In this document: positions 26,278-33,225 of the stretch, one piece after another
How positions within the stretch are numbered: the first letter of the stretch is position 1
How the letters are laid out: each line of letters opens with the position of its first letter
Source of the DNA: a virus
Taxonomy: Duplodnaviria; Caudoviricetes
IMG/VR virus record: IMGVR_UViG_3300044262_000062
Location: 1 to 40,092 of that record
Direction: 5' to 3' (one strand)
DNA length: 40,092 nucleotides
Translations under genes and position numbers: made by a program
The notes under the pieces: model-generated
The model's database searches: none
Told to the model about the DNA's origin: nothing
Seen by the model: only the letters and a program-made list of their open reading frames with translations

Positions 26278-26371
26278 CGCCATCGACCGCCTGACCGACT
26301 ACGAGCGCTGGGCGCACGAAGGCTGGGAGCGCGTGCGGCTCATCCGCGCCGCGCAGGAGCGCTGCCGGTGA
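26123..26371 (+). CDS. Rz1: Outer-membrane lipoprotein spanin, overlapping Rz
   Basis: GGAGG SD; lipobox LTAC; Pro-rich CPPVPAHLLEP. Confidence 0.82.
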   Translation: MRALLLCCTLTLTACSTAPANPQGWCPPVPAHLLEPASLQAERLPPAPSNADAIDRLTDYERWAHEGWERVRLIRAAQERCR

Positions 26372-26478
26372 TCGCGCGTATCACCGTGGCCGTGCTGCTC
26401 GCGATCGCGACGGTATGGGGCGAAGTGCTGGAACTGGTGGAATCTTACCGCCAGCGTTCTGATTTATTTCCACCCTGA
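26368..26478 (+). CDS. Possible 36-aa hydrophobic peptide
   Basis: GTGA overlap with Rz1 stop; MIARITVAVLLAIATVWGEVLELVESYRQRSDLFPP. Confidence 0.35.
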   Translation: MIARITVAVLLAIATVWGEVLELVESYRQRSDLFPP

Positions 26479-26482
26479 GGAA

Positions 26483-27127
26483 CTAGAAGACGGCCTTCAC
26501 CATGAAGTTAAAGGCCCCCGTCTGGAGTGGCGTTACCGCGTCTCCCTTGCTTGAGACATCAAGGTAGTAGTAACGCACCCCAAATTCAATTCCCTCATAC
26601 CTGACGCCAAACCCAACCATCGGCCGGTAGAGCATCACGTCCTTACGGGAAAACTCGGTGAGTAGATTGCCATCCGCATCCAGCACCGCAACCTGAAACT
26701 TGTTCTTGTAGGCGTAGATGCCGGCCTCCGAGAACATCGGCACGCCGAGAATCTTGAACGGACCCTGCACCGCAAGTTCTACACCAGACACGCTGCCGCG
26801 CCCCTGCACCCACACATACTGCCCGCCATCCGGCATGCCGGGCGCGTAGCGATGGTCCCCGACGACCTGTGCCATGTTGTACATCTGGCCGAGCGCCACG
26901 AACGCGGCGCGGTAGCGGTACTTGCCGACCTTCTGGCTGAGCCCGACCGACAGCGATTCGGACTCCAGATCGAACCAATGCGGAAGGCCGTCCTGATACC
27001 ACGCGCCGTCGTGCTGCGCCTGATAACTGGTGAGGCCGGCGCCGATCTCGATGTCCGCGGCTTTTGCCGGCATATAAGCAGCCGCTAACAGGCAGGCGGC
27101 GAGGATTGCATAGTTGATCTTTTTCAT
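26483..27127 (-). CDS. Outer-membrane beta-barrel protein (moron)
   Basis: AAGGAG SD; signal peptide ending AKA; alternating beta strands; C-terminal FMVKAVF with terminal Phe. Confidence 0.75.
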   Translation of the reverse strand: MKKINYAILAACLLAAAYMPAKAADIEIGAGLTSYQAQHDGAWYQDGLPHWFDLESESLSVGLSQKVGKYRYRAAFVALGQMYNMAQVVGDHRYAPGMPDGGQYVWVQGRGSVSGVELAVQGPFKILGVPMFSEAGIYAYKNKFQVAVLDADGNLLTEFSRKDVMLYRPMVGFGVRYEGIEFGVRYYYLDVSSKGDAVTPLQTGAFNFMVKAVF

Positions 27128-27168
27128 TAGTATCTCCTTCCGTTAAAGCCACCGAAAACAGCGGCTGT

Positions 27169-28827
27169 TCACACCACCTTCCCGGTGGCCGGAAAGAGCA
27201 GAGAATTAGAGAATCCTGCCCCCGCTACCACCGTTGTCTGCAACCGGCCTCCTGTTGCTATGCGCAGCAGGCCGGTGTAGACCCCTTCCAAGTTGGCCTC
27301 GACCTCCTGGCGCCCCGGTACGGGCGTCAGGGGGATATGCCCCAGCAGTTCGGCCAGGTCCGCCCGTGTGGCGGCTGTGTCGGCTGGGTGGCCGTTTTCA
27401 AGACTCTCTACCATTTTTCGGTATTCGTCCACCGCGCCCGGGATGATCTCGGGCACCGGCGCGATCGCGGCGGCCAGGTCTGCGGCTACCTGGTCGCGTT
27501 CGGTTTCGGCGGCTTCCAGGGCCCTTGTTAGGGCCTTGGAAGCCGTGCCGGCGCGGATGGCGGCCACCATGCGGCCGATCTCGGCCTCGAGGCGGTCCAG
27601 CCGCGCGCGCAGGGGCTTTGCCGGGTCGTCCCGCCGGGCGGCGCGCAGCTCGCGGGCGAGCTCGGCGCGGAAGGCTTCGACTGCATCGGGGCTGAGCAGG
27701 GTTTCCTTCACGGCGGCGAGGATCTGGCGCTCGAGCTCGGCGCGGTGCACCCGCAGGCCATTGCGGCAGACGGCCGGGCCGCGGTCTTTGTGGGCGGCGC
27801 AGCCGTACTGGCCGCGGTAGACCACCACATAGGCCCCTCCGCAGACCCCGCAGCGCAGGATGCCCGAGAGCAGGTAGGACGGTTTGCGGCCGGTCTTGAG
27901 TGGCCGGCGGGTGGCCAGGCGTTTCTCGGCGGCAGCCCATGTTTCCGGGTCCACAATCCGCAGTTCGGGCGCGGGCTGGATGATCCACTCGGACCTGTCC
28001 CGCTCGCGGCGGTGGCGCTTGCCGGTGTCGGGGTCACGTACCCAGCGGGATCGGTTCCAGATCAGCGTGCCGCCGTAGATGGGGTTGTTCAGTATCCCGA
28101 CGCCGGAGCGGCGATCGCCATAGATGGCCGACACCGCCCAGGTGCTGCCTCGAGGCGAGGGGATACGCTGCGCGTTCAGCCGGTGGGCGATTTCGCGCGG
28201 CGAGCAGCCGGCGGCGAACTGCTCGAAGATCTGCCGCACGATGCCCGCCTGGTCCGGGTCCGGTTCGCGGCGCACGGCGACGACTACCGGCCGGCCGTAG
28301 GTGTCAGTGCGGGTCGGGTCGGTGATGGGCACATGGCGATAGCCGTAGGCCCGGCCGCCGGCATTGTTGCCCTTGAGCACCTGGCCGGCGAGCCCGCGGT
28401 GGGTTTTCTCGGCGAGGTCGATGGAGTAGATGGAGTCGATCATGCCGCGCGCGCCGCGGGTGATCACGCGCTGCTGCAGCGGCATGTGGGTGTCGTAGCC
28501 ATCGGCGCTCAGCACGCGCACGCCGATGAATTCCAGCCGGCGGATGGCCAGCCCGCGTTCGTCCTGGTCGCGGCCGAGGCGGGAAAGGTCATCGAGCAGC
28601 AGCACCTGAAACTCGCCGGCCTTGGCCGCCGCCAGCGTGCGCTGGTAGTCGGAGCGCGCCGGGTTCCAGCCGGAATCGGCAAAGTCCCGGAACCGCAGCC
28701 GCACCGGCTGCCCCAGCTTATCCGCCGCCAGCTTGTCGATCTTGCGCTCCTGGTCCTCGATCGACTCGTGGCGCTGGTTGTCGGAGCTGTAGCGGGCGTA
28801 GCTGGCGGCTATGGTGTCTGGTGTCAT
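27169..28827 (-). CDS. int: Large serine recombinase (integrase)
   Basis: YARYSSDNQ catalytic Ser; DDLSRLGRD; recombinase domain; zinc ribbon LLSGILRCGVCG...YGC...C; coiled coil. Confidence 0.95.
   Translation of the reverse strand: MTPDTIAASYARYSSDNQRHESIEDQERKIDKLAADKLGQPVRLRFRDFADSGWNPARSDYQRTLAAAKAGEFQVLLLDDLSRLGRDQDERGLAIRRLEFIGVRVLSADGYDTHMPLQQRVITRGARGMIDSIYSIDLAEKTHRGLAGQVLKGNNAGGRAYGYRHVPITDPTRTDTYGRPVVVAVRREPDPDQAGIVRQIFEQFAAGCSPREIAHRLNAQRIPSPRGSTWAVSAIYGDRRSGVGILNNPIYGGTLIWNRSRWVRDPDTGKRHRRERDRSEWIIQPAPELRIVDPETWAAAEKRLATRRPLKTGRKPSYLLSGILRCGVCGGAYVVVYRGQYGCAAHKDRGPAVCRNGLRVHRAELERQILAAVKETLLSPDAVEAFRAELARELRAARRDDPAKPLRARLDRLEAEIGRMVAAIRAGTASKALTRALEAAETERDQVAADLAAAIAPVPEIIPGAVDEYRKMVESLENGHPADTAATRADLAELLGHIPLTPVPGRQEVEANLEGVYTGLLRIATGGRLQTTVVAGAGFSNSLLFPATGKVV
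27211..27230 (+). other. attP identity segment matching the 3' end of initiator tRNA-Met, inside the 3' end of int
   Basis: GAATCCTGCCCCCGCTACCA matches T-loop 3' side, T stem, acceptor strand and CCA of tRNA-fMet; rest of tRNA absent. Confidence 0.78.
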
Positions 28828-28830
28828 ACG

Positions 28831-29106
28831 CTAACCCGTATTTTCGCCTGTGTTCGCGTCTGAACGCGGCATATCATCCGTTTCGAGCCGTACCATGGTC
28901 CCGATAATAATCCCGTTCGGCTGCTTTGTGTAATGCACGGTGACCGACCACACACCGTGCTTCAAGGCACGCAGGCCGGTGACCTTTCCCGGGCATCTGT
29001 TTTCGCGATGCCACTTGCTCCGGCAGTTCTTGCCGGGCGTGGTGCAGAACCGTTGATTCTCTTTGGTCGGCTCAACCGGCTCTTTGCAGTAGTCGCAGGG
29101 TTTCAT
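28831..29106 (-). CDS. Small zinc-finger protein (possible recombination directionality factor)
   Basis: CDYC...FC...C; ATGA overlap with RT stop; ends 3 bp before int start. Confidence 0.65.
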   Translation of the reverse strand: MKPCDYCKEPVEPTKENQRFCTTPGKNCRSKWHRENRCPGKVTGLRALKHGVWSVTVHYTKQPNGIIIGTMVRLETDDMPRSDANTGENTG

Positions 29107-30311
29107 GGCGCCGGTTTCCGGGGAAACGCTTTCGTAAGGTGGCCATTCACGGCATGGCCGCGCCGGCGCAGGCGGCGTGCGAGCTCGATCCGATCGGCAT
29201 GACTGTGCGTGGCCTGGCGCAGGAGGCCAAAATAGCTGTTGGCGGTTTCAAACAACCGGCCCGCGCTCAGCCGTTCGATCCGGTTCAGGCTCGCGTTCAG
29301 TGTTCGCCGGCGCAGGGTGCGGCGCCACGGCTTGACGACCTGGCCTACAAAGTCGATGCCGCGCTCGATCGGATGCAGGATGGTTTTGGACGGGTTCAGG
29401 CGGACGGCCAGCGTTTCGGGCAGAAAGGCCTCAATGTCGGCGTGGGCGGCGTTGAGCCACTGTGGGGATTCGTGCAGGAGCACGAAGTCATCGACGTAGC
29501 GGATGTAGTGCCGGGCGCGCAGGCGATGCTTGGCGTGCTGGTCGAGTTTGTCCAGGTAGACGTTGGCGAAGAACTGCGATGAGAGATTGCCGATCGGCAG
29601 TCCGCGGCCGGCTGACTGATTGAACAGGCTCTTGTGCGGCGGGATGAGCCGCAGGCGCACCGGCGCGCTGCGGAGGATGGCGTCCTCGCGCGGGTCGTGA
29701 AACAGGATGGTGTCGGTGAGCCACATCCACCATGATTCGGTGATCCGTCGGGCGAGCCGATCGCGCAGGATGCGCTTATCGATGCTGACGAAGAAGTTGG
29801 CCACGTCGCACTTGAGATACCATGCCGGCCGCGACCAATTCTGTGTGATGCTGCGCACCTTCGCCTCGAGGCGCTGGGCGGCATAGAGCGTGCCGCGGCC
29901 GGGAATACACGCGCATGAATCGACAATGAACGAACGGTAGAACCGCGGCGCGATGCGGTTATAGAGCAGATGGTGCACGATTCGATCGCGGAAGCCGGCG
30001 GCCCAGACTTCGCGCGGTTTGGGACGGGTGATGACGAAACAGACGGACGGCCCTGGGCGGTAGGTGCAGGCCTGCAACTCCTCATGGAGCTGAATCAGAT
30101 TTCGTTCCAAGTCCTGCTCAAAGGCGAGCGCCGATAGGCTGTTGCGCTTAGTGCGGCGACAATCGAAATAGGCCGCTACCAGTTCCTCGAAAGAAAAATC
30201 AGCATGGCCGGCATCTTCACCGGGTTGATCTGCGGACGGCCCGCGCGCGGAACTCGTTGTTCTTGTGGTTGTAGTTCTGGTTGCCGTTGCCGAAGTTCTG
30301 GTTCCAGGCAT
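29103..30311 (-). CDS. DGR reverse transcriptase (start uncertain; conserved domain begins near 30200)
   Basis: KPREVWAAGFRDRIVHH, LKCDVANFFVSI, GLPIGNLSSQFFAN (DGR-type GxxxSQ), YIRYVDDFV, GIDFVG; nearest in-frame ATG (30311) is inside TR. Confidence 0.93.
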   Translation of the reverse strand: MPGTRTSATATRTTTTRTTSSARGPSADQPGEDAGHADFSFEELVAAYFDCRRTKRNSLSALAFEQDLERNLIQLHEELQACTYRPGPSVCFVITRPKPREVWAAGFRDRIVHHLLYNRIAPRFYRSFIVDSCACIPGRGTLYAAQRLEAKVRSITQNWSRPAWYLKCDVANFFVSIDKRILRDRLARRITESWWMWLTDTILFHDPREDAILRSAPVRLRLIPPHKSLFNQSAGRGLPIGNLSSQFFANVYLDKLDQHAKHRLRARHYIRYVDDFVLLHESPQWLNAAHADIEAFLPETLAVRLNPSKTILHPIERGIDFVGQVVKPWRRTLRRRTLNASLNRIERLSAGRLFETANSYFGLLRQATHSHADRIELARRLRRRGHAVNGHLTKAFPRKPAP

Positions 30312-30336
30312 AGTCCGCGTTCTCGGCGTGCTGCGT
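30228..30336 (-). repeat. DGR template repeat (TR)
   Basis: ACG CAG CAC GCC GAG AAC GCG GAC TAT GCC TGG AAC CAG AAC TTC GGC AAC GGC AAC CAG AAC TAC AAC CAC AAG AAC AAC GAG TTC CGC GCG CGG GCC GTC CGC AGA; nine AAC codons. Confidence 0.96.
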
Positions 30337-30522
30337 TGGTTCGCGCTATCTACGTCGCCCGGCCGAAGGTCCCCATACTCCTGGGTGCCGATCAGCGGGG
30401 GAACTGTGCCGGAGCGGCCCGGCACGGGATGGCCGGCGATCTCCGTGATGCACATGGCGGTGGCCTCGTGAGCCAGCGGCGCGACCAGATCAACAGTCGC
30501 ACGGTCCTGGCCGCCGTGACGG

Positions 30523-30879
30523 TCAGGCAACAGGCGACGATGCATTGTGTTTTCTCCAACCGTTGGCCTGCTTGCCGACGCTGGCGGTGAGCTCGATGGC
30601 CTTGGCGTACTGGCCGGTGGAAATGAACCGCTTGTCCCGGCAGAGCCTCAATAGCAAGTTGAGTTCTTCCAGGCGCTCGAGCAGGTTGTCGAGCAGCGGT
30701 ATCTTGGCCCGGGCGCAATTCGCCTTGAAGACCAACAGCACCAGGTCGACGCACAGATCGCGCACCCGCCCTCCGATCGATACACGGAACGGACGCGGCA
30801 TGTTCTGCACGTAGTCCGTGGCCACGCTCAAGAGGTCGTAGGCGACCTTATAAATCGGCAGTTGGGTGTGGAGGGCCAT
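30523..30879 (-). CDS. avd: Accessory variability determinant (four-helix bundle)
   Basis: LPIYKVAYDL...LLRLCRDKRFIS...VGKQANGW; between target genes and TR. Confidence 0.9.
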   Translation of the reverse strand: MALHTQLPIYKVAYDLLSVATDYVQNMPRPFRVSIGGRVRDLCVDLVLLVFKANCARAKIPLLDNLLERLEELNLLLRLCRDKRFISTGQYAKAIELTASVGKQANGWRKHNASSPVA

Positions 30880-30904
30880 GCTGATGAAAATCTAAATTGT
30901 TAAA

Positions 30905-31399
30905 TTACCGAATAATTAATCTGCGGACGGCCCGCGAGCGGAACTCGTTGTACTTGTGGTTGCAGCCCTGGCCGCCGTAGCCGAAGTACTGGCCCCAGGC
31001 ATAGTCCGCGTCCTCGGCGCGCTGCTCGCAAGACCAATACCACTCCTTCTCGAACATCTCCGGAACATTGGCGAATTGCAGCGCCTGCTCAGCGCGGAAT
31101 GGCAACGTGAAATCCCGATGACCTTCGGCTTCCATTGATGCCGCGGCACTCTTCGCTTTCTCCCATATCGTTTTATCGATGCTCTGACCGACAATCAGGT
31201 GGTAGTCCGGTTCCCCCTCACGGCCACGCATGATGCCGGCGTAGACACCGCCCTGGCCAGGCCAGGGTTGGCCGATGCGCGGGATGCTGATGCCGCGCAG
31301 GTCTGCGGGTGCGGCGCTTCCCGCGAGACGCTGCAAGACCATAGCGATAATCTCGGCGTCGGCCACCTGGATGGTGACGCCGTTGCGAGTGATGTTCAT
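30905..31399 (-). CDS. DGR target protein 1 (DUF1566/CLec-like, 164 aa)
   Basis: AAGGAG SD before ATG 31399; GHRDFTLP...WYWSCE...FRSRAVRR; VR1 at C-terminus. Confidence 0.9.
   Translation of the reverse strand: MNITRNGVTIQVADAEIIAMVLQRLAGSAAPADLRGISIPRIGQPWPGQGGVYAGIMRGREGEPDYHLIVGQSIDKTIWEKAKSAAASMEAEGHRDFTLPFRAEQALQFANVPEMFEKEWYWSCEQRAEDADYAWGQYFGYGGQGCNHKYNEFRSRAVRRLIIR
30919..31025 (-). repeat. Variable repeat VR1
   Basis: 107 bp aligned to TR 30228-30334: 12 substitutions at TR adenines plus one G>T in the 3' GC-rich tract. Confidence 0.95.
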
Positions 31400-31434
31400 C
31401 GGTTGGCTCCTTAAATTGATGAATTGTTGAATGG

Positions 31435-31938
31435 TTAAAGTTTGATCGTGCGGACGGCCCGCGCGCGGAACTCGTAGCCCTCGTGGCCGCAGTCCTGGAG
31501 GCCGTCGCCGAAGTCCTGGCCCCAGGCATAGCCCGCGTACTCGGCGTGCTGCGTGCTGGACCAATACCAGTTGCGGTCAAACGCTTCTTTCGCGCCTTCC
31601 GCGAACGCTTTCACTGTCGCGAGCTCGTGATAGGCCAGCAGCAACTGCAGGCGGCTTGGCAAGTGCCAATCGTCGAAGCCGCCGATCCGAAGTGCCAGCA
31701 TCTTCGCCGCGAGTTCGCTGCCGGCTTTGGCCATCGCCTTGGTGTTGGCGAGCCCGTCGCAATAGCTCGTGGCGCCGGCGACGCTCGTGGTTGAGCTGTT
31801 CCAGCGCATGGGCGCAATCTGGCCTTTTGCCTTCGGTGCGACGATCAGCGCATGGGGTTGATCGCCGATGAAGAAGCGGCCGGCGAAGAACCCGCCTTCG
31901 AAGCGGGTGCCGGGTTTGGGGAGTTTCAGTTTTGGCAT
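31435..31938 (-). CDS. DGR target protein 2 (DUF1566/CLec-like, 167 aa)
   Basis: GGAG SD; DGLANT, GGFDDWHLPS, WYWSSTQ...FRARAVR; VR2 at C-terminus. Confidence 0.92.
   Translation of the reverse strand: MPKLKLPKPGTRFEGGFFAGRFFIGDQPHALIVAPKAKGQIAPMRWNSSTTSVAGATSYCDGLANTKAMAKAGSELAAKMLALRIGGFDDWHLPSRLQLLLAYHELATVKAFAEGAKEAFDRNWYWSSTQHAEYAGYAWGQDFGDGLQDCGHEGYEFRARAVRTIKL
31449..31554 (-). repeat. Variable repeat VR2
   Basis: 106 bp aligned to TR 30231-30336: 16 substitutions, all at TR adenines. Confidence 0.96.
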
Positions 31939-31982
31939 GTTGATAGTTCTCCATTAAGAAGTCAGTTCACACAGAGGTCAGT

Positions 31983-32318
31983 TCACAGCATGTACCCGGT
32001 TTCACCAGGAGAATCGAGCATCCCGCCATCCGGATCATGCCCACCGTTTTGTTCATGCTGCGGGCAACGTCTATACTCGTAACGTTCAAGACTCATCACC
32101 AACCGCAGCGCCATCGCCGCAGTCTGAATGGCTTCTTTCCGTATTTCTTCTGCGCTGGTCTTGTGCGGTTCGTAGACCATCTGCAACATGGCCTTGTTTA
32201 ACTCGCCGTATTCCTCGCCGAGCACTGCCAACGCGTGAAGCGGGTCGTTCGGCCACGTCGGGAATTTCGTCGTTGCCCGCTGAACTTCATCCAGTACTTG
32301 CTCAATCGGTGCGCTCAT
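31983..32318 (-). CDS. MazG-like (all-alpha NTP pyrophosphatase fold) protein
   Basis: GGAG SD and ATGA overlap at 32318; LGEEYGELNKA...KEAIQTAAMA. Confidence 0.65.
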   Translation of the reverse strand: MSAPIEQVLDEVQRATTKFPTWPNDPLHALAVLGEEYGELNKAMLQMVYEPHKTSAEEIRKEAIQTAAMALRLVMSLERYEYRRCPQHEQNGGHDPDGGMLDSPGETGYML

Positions 32319-32488
32319 TTTCGGTTCTCCGTTTGGCGGGCACTCGCATGTCTCACAGGTCCCATCACAGCGTCCGGTTTTGTTGAACATTCGCGTTTCT
32401 CCTCATTCGCTATCCGCGCGCCCACCCGATGCTCGGCGACAATGCGCCGGGCGATTCGCTGGATCAGGCGGTGGTGGGCGGGGTGCAT
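32315..32488 (-). CDS. Hypothetical protein (57 aa)
   Basis: MHPAHHRLIQRIARRIVAEH...; fills gap with tight coupling on both sides. Confidence 0.5.
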   Translation of the reverse strand: MHPAHHRLIQRIARRIVAEHRVGARIANEEKRECSTKPDAVMGPVRHASARQTENRK

Positions 32489-32489
32489 G

Positions 32490-32693
32490 TCAGTCGGCCT
32501 GTTTGCGCAGGAACGCCGGAATGTCGAGCGGCACATCGTCTGGCGGAACGAGGGCATAGGACCGCCGCGGCCCGGGGCCGATGGCAAATTGCACTTCGCC
32601 GTTTTCGATGGCGAGGATGCGGATCTCGATCGGGCCGGTGGTGAGGTTGTCCACCTGCTTGATCTCGCCGGGCTTGCCTTTGAGGATGAGCAT
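32490..32693 (-). CDS. CsrA/RsmA-like protein ending in an FtsZ C-terminal peptide (67 aa)
   Basis: GGAGG SD, TGATG coupling; MLILKGKPGE...IEIRILAIENGEVQFAI; C-terminus LDIPAFLRKQAD-stop. Confidence 0.82.
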   Translation of the reverse strand: MLILKGKPGEIKQVDNLTTGPIEIRILAIENGEVQFAIGPGPRRSYALVPPDDVPLDIPAFLRKQAD

Positions 32694-33016
32694 CAGGGTT
32701 CGCCTCCGTTGAGGACGTGGCGGGCGTAGCAGGGCCAACAGCGGCCGGCTTCGTCCATGAAATCGGCAGTAATGGCTGCCTCGCAGTCCGGATAGAGCGG
32801 TTGGACTTCTCCGGATTCGCACGGCTGCGCCGCGATGACCTTTAGCGCACGCTTGGCGTTGAGGTACTGCAGGCGATTGGCGATCAGCGGCCGCAGCTCG
32901 GCGGCGGCTTGCTTGAGGTGCTGCATGCCGTCGTAGAACGGCGCCTCGCTCGCCTCGAACCGGCGCAGGGCCTGGTCGAGCGCAGTGGCGGTTTCGGGGA
33001 TGGTGTCGTCGGTCAT
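32693..33016 (-). CDS. Hypothetical protein
   Basis: GGAG SD, ATGA overlap; Cys-containing C-terminus (C...C...CWPC). Confidence 0.65.
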   Translation of the reverse strand: MTDDTIPETATALDQALRRFEASEAPFYDGMQHLKQAAAELRPLIANRLQYLNAKRALKVIAAQPCESGEVQPLYPDCEAAITADFMDEAGRCWPCYARHVLNGGEP

Positions 33017-33225
33017 TGCAGCCGTTCTCCCGGTTTCGGTTCCCATTCCGGCCCGCGCGGCATGAGCACCGGGTTGTGTATCGCGCAGTAGTCGTGGATC
33101 AGTTTGCTATCGACGGTCACATTCACCGGTCTGATTGTGCGCCGCAGGGCCTCGACGCCCACCCATATACCGGCGACGAAGCCGATGGCGATCCAGAGTG
33201 CAGCGAAGGCGGCGGATTCAATCAT
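33013..33225 (-). CDS. Small membrane protein
   Basis: ATGA overlap; MIESAAFAALWIAIGFVAGIWVGV TM segment. Confidence 0.6.
   Translation of the reverse strand: MIESAAFAALWIAIGFVAGIWVGVEALRRTIRPVNVTVDSKLIHDYCAIHNPVLMPRGPEWEPKPGERLQ

Larger units (their letters stand above)
29103..31938 (-). mobile_element. Diversity-generating retroelement: target2-target1-avd-TR-RT
   Basis: DGR-type RT, Avd, TR and two VRs differing from TR almost only at adenines. Confidence 0.97.

Noticed and set aside
27211-27230. A phage-encoded tRNA gene
   Set aside because: Only the last ~20 nt are present; no D arm or anticodon arm, so it is treated as the att identity segment.
29103-30311. RT as a group II intron, retron or Abi RT
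   Set aside because: GxxxSQ motif, adjacent avd and an adenine-specific TR/VR set identify a DGR; no maturase/endonuclease extension is evident.
31400-31564. 219-aa version of DGR target 1
   Set aside because: The extension is an alternate-frame read of VR2; AAGGAG + ATG at 31399 is the plausible start.
31961-31987. GTCAGTTCACA direct repeat upstream of target 2 as a LexA box or DGR boundary
   Set aside because: Does not fit CTGT-N8-ACAG and no matching copy was seen at the other end of the DGR; too little support to call.
32319-32390. Longer start (MFNKTGRC...) for the first MazG-like gene
   Set aside because: ATG 32318 has a GGAG SD and ATGA coupling with the upstream ORF; the longer start is possible but less supported.
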